NCBI GenBank assembly: GCA_951804945.1
Contig: OX638155.1
Coordinates: 28,768,001 to 28,832,000, forward strand
From: Podarcis cretensis
Lineage: Eukaryota
DNA length: 64,000 bases
Direction of reading: 5' to 3'
Shown here: piece by piece, positions 61,478 through 64,000 of the stretch
Layout: each line of letters begins with the position of its first letter
How positions within the stretch are numbered: the stretch's first letter is position 1
Program-made: the position numbers and the translations under genes
The notes under the pieces: model-generated
Seen by the model: the letters and a program-made list of their open reading frames with translations, nothing else
Told to the model about the DNA's origin: nothing
Database searches by the model: none

Positions 61478-62779
61478 CTCTACACCAATGATGGCCAGTA
61501 TCTTTGGTCTTGGGACATTCTCCAAATACTAGTTTATGGACAGTAACATCTAACCTCCTTATGCATGGCCACATTCGCTCTGTAAAAAATGTACACAATC
61601 ACCTGCAATAATAGCTTCACAGGTTTAGACACTTGCATCCTGATGGCACAAAGTTATCCCATGTGAGTGTGTGTTGTTAGGGGAACAAATGTGCTTCCTG
61701 CAAGAAACCTTCAAGATGGAGATCAGGGGGTTTCTAAAACCTACTTCATTTCAAGGTTTTTCAGTGACAGAAGAACTTTAACCAACATCTGATTTCAAAC
61801 ATAGCTTAATGATTGTTCACCTACATGTGCCCTTTTCAGTTACCAGAGATCAAATCAACTGAAAATACAACACATAATATATTACAGATTTCTATCACAT
61901 CACCCATCTTCTAAACTTGATCATTCAAAAATAAAATAAAAGTTTTTTGTTATCATCATAATATAAATTTAAAATGGGAGTCTAGTAAGCCTTTTATGCA
62001 TCTTATTTTTAGAGTCAATTATTATACTAGAGGTCAGTACCGTTTTAAAGAATGTATGGTGAGCCCTACTGATTTAGGCCAAAGGCCCATCCAATTCAGC
62101 ATCATGTTCTCTCTAACTGGATACCTATGGGAAACCTAACGCAGGACACACGCGATAGCAGTCTCCCATTTGCCTTCCCTAGCAGCTGGTATTCATACTG
62201 CCTTCAATATAGAGGTAATAATATAAAGACATTGCGACTAGTACCAGTCAATATAGTGGTATTTTCCATGGCTTTGCTCTAATCCACTTTTCAAGTCATC
62301 CAAATTAGTGGCTATCACTACATCTTGCAGGAGCAATTTCCATAGTTTTAAGTATGCACTGTGTGAAGAACGACTTCCTATTGTCTGTCCTGGATCTCCC
62401 AGCATTCAGCTTCACTGACATTCTGGTATTATGAAAGAGAGGACAATCTATTAACTAAAGAAATACTGGAACAAACAATTTAAACATTTCCATCTACATA
62501 TTGGTGTATGTGACGAAGGCATAACTCTCACAAGAAAAGGGAAAGACAAGAGTGATTGAGCTGTTCTGCCATTCTTTGAATCTCCATGATATATCTGAGT
62601 AGTCCTGCCTCCATTCAACAAACACTAGAAAAGACAAGCTGCAAAACTACTCAGGCTACTCATTGTCTCCTTAGTCACTGTATCATTTGAGGATCGGATG
62701 CTATGTGACATTAAAGTTACATTGCTCAGCACTGTGTTAGTCTTAAGATGCTAGCCTGAACTTTGCACCCAAGCCAAGG

Positions 62780-63090
62780 CTGTTGTCATCAAGTCCTCAA
62801 AGCACAGGATATCACCCAAAGATCAACATTGGAAGAAAACCTCCAAGACCTGTTCTCTCTCTGTCAATCTTGCAGAACTGTTTGACCTTATAAACTGGAA
62901 CAGTCTCTTGAATTCTTCATGAACCTGGCCACTATTTTTCATATTGGTTCCAGCATTATGATTCATACTGTTGACAAATGGCAAACAATGGAGAAATTTT
63001 ATATCAAGACTGGCACCCACCAGAGCTGTGTGTTGGCACCTTTCCTTTTCAATGTGCTATTTGCTGGTTTAACAGATACACTGGGGGCTG
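62780..63090 (+). mobile_element. Degenerate non-LTR reverse-transcriptase fragment (RTE-like)
   Basis: KFYIKTGTHQSCVLAPFLFNVLF resembles the RT motif GVKQGCVLAPxLF. Confidence 0.55.
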
Positions 63091-64000
63091 TTGACCATGA
63101 GGTTTATGTTGTATGCATAGTCACTTTTAGTAGAAACATCTTTAGCTTTTTTTCATATGATGAAATAGAAAACTGAGGATGCCAACCAGTGACTGTGTGC
63201 TAGCATGTGGTATTTTGTTGACTTTTGCTATTCTGACAGCATGCTGTTGTAGAAACAGCAGCCAATACATATATAACAACCCATGTAGATCAAGCAAATA
63301 TTTCATTTTAAAAATCGCTTTACTTTTTAAAATATACCAACTACTGAATAGGCCAAACTGAGAAACTGCTGTGTGATTGGTTATTTCCCCATTTGCCCAA
63401 GAAGCGGTTAAGTTAATTGTAAGCTTCCTTTCAAGGACAGAACATTGGAAATGTGTGCTGTTTCCATAATTCATTTACAGGCAAAACAGGTCCTAGAGGA
63501 GTACAGAAACAGTGTACAAATGGGCAGTGCTGATCCCAAAAGTAACACCAGCACCTTAAAACCCCAAATTGGCAGTCTGTAGTCAAAATCCCAACTGCTT
63601 CAAGCCTATGCTTTTTGCCCAGCAAGGCAAAACCTCTCTGAACCCTACCTCAGATAGATGGCTCTGATCTCATTTCTTTGCTCAGAGACCTGCCTGAAGA
63701 TCTGTTAGCATTCAGGACCAAGTTCAGGACGCCTGGTGGGAGAGTATTTTTGTGTAGTTAGACAATGGATATAAAAATACTCAGTCCTTCTGAGTTAAGA
63801 TTCTGGACTGTTTTTGAGAAGGATCTTCTATACAATCTGGAAATGCAAATTCCTGGATCTTCCAGATCTTAAGGCCTTTCCACAAACCCATTTTTCCATG
63901 CAACAAATGCAAAGCTGTTGCTCATTCGTTGTACAATCTCAAGACATCTTTCTTTTACGGTAGTGCTTCCATTGTGGGATATCTATTTTTCTCAGCAGTC

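Noticed and set aside
52550-64000. Search for exons of a neighbouring gene (e.g. BLOC1S5, upstream of TXNDC5 in mammals) and ORF 59930-60496
   Set aside because: No recognisable peptide or spliceable coding exon; the ORFs overlap CR1/MITE remnants.

Overview
Eukaryotic (vertebrate) genomic DNA, almost certainly a squamate and probably a lacertid lizard, inferred from Sauria-type SINEs, BovB, Penelope, L2/CR1 and MITE content. It holds two convergent spliced genes. BMP6 exons 2-7 lie on the + strand (2151..24188; exon 1 is upstream of the window). The complete 10-exon TXNDC5/ERp46 gene lies on the - strand (ATG 51637, stop 26763; 1248-nt CDS, 415 aa, three WCGHC thioredoxin sites, C-terminal KDEL) with a CpG-island promoter at about 51.2-52.1 kb. 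All exon boundaries were read by hand from GT/AG sites and keep frame. The two 3' UTRs meet tail-to-tail and probably overlap near 25.2-25.45 kb. Introns and the 52-64 kb intergenic region are dense in transposon relics, many with readable TSDs/TIRs and nested insertions. Most notable: a Penelope-like insertion in BMP6 intron 4 that carries a sense-strand minimal hammerhead-ribozyme motif and an inverted copy of its own flanking DNA; a 767-bp TSD-less element nested in a SINE; a Pro substitution in the mature BMP6 finger; and a perfect UPRE in TXNDC5 intron 1. I found no new protein-coding system. Most ORF-track entries are spurious or repeat-derived. Repeat family names come from recalled family features, not database searches.
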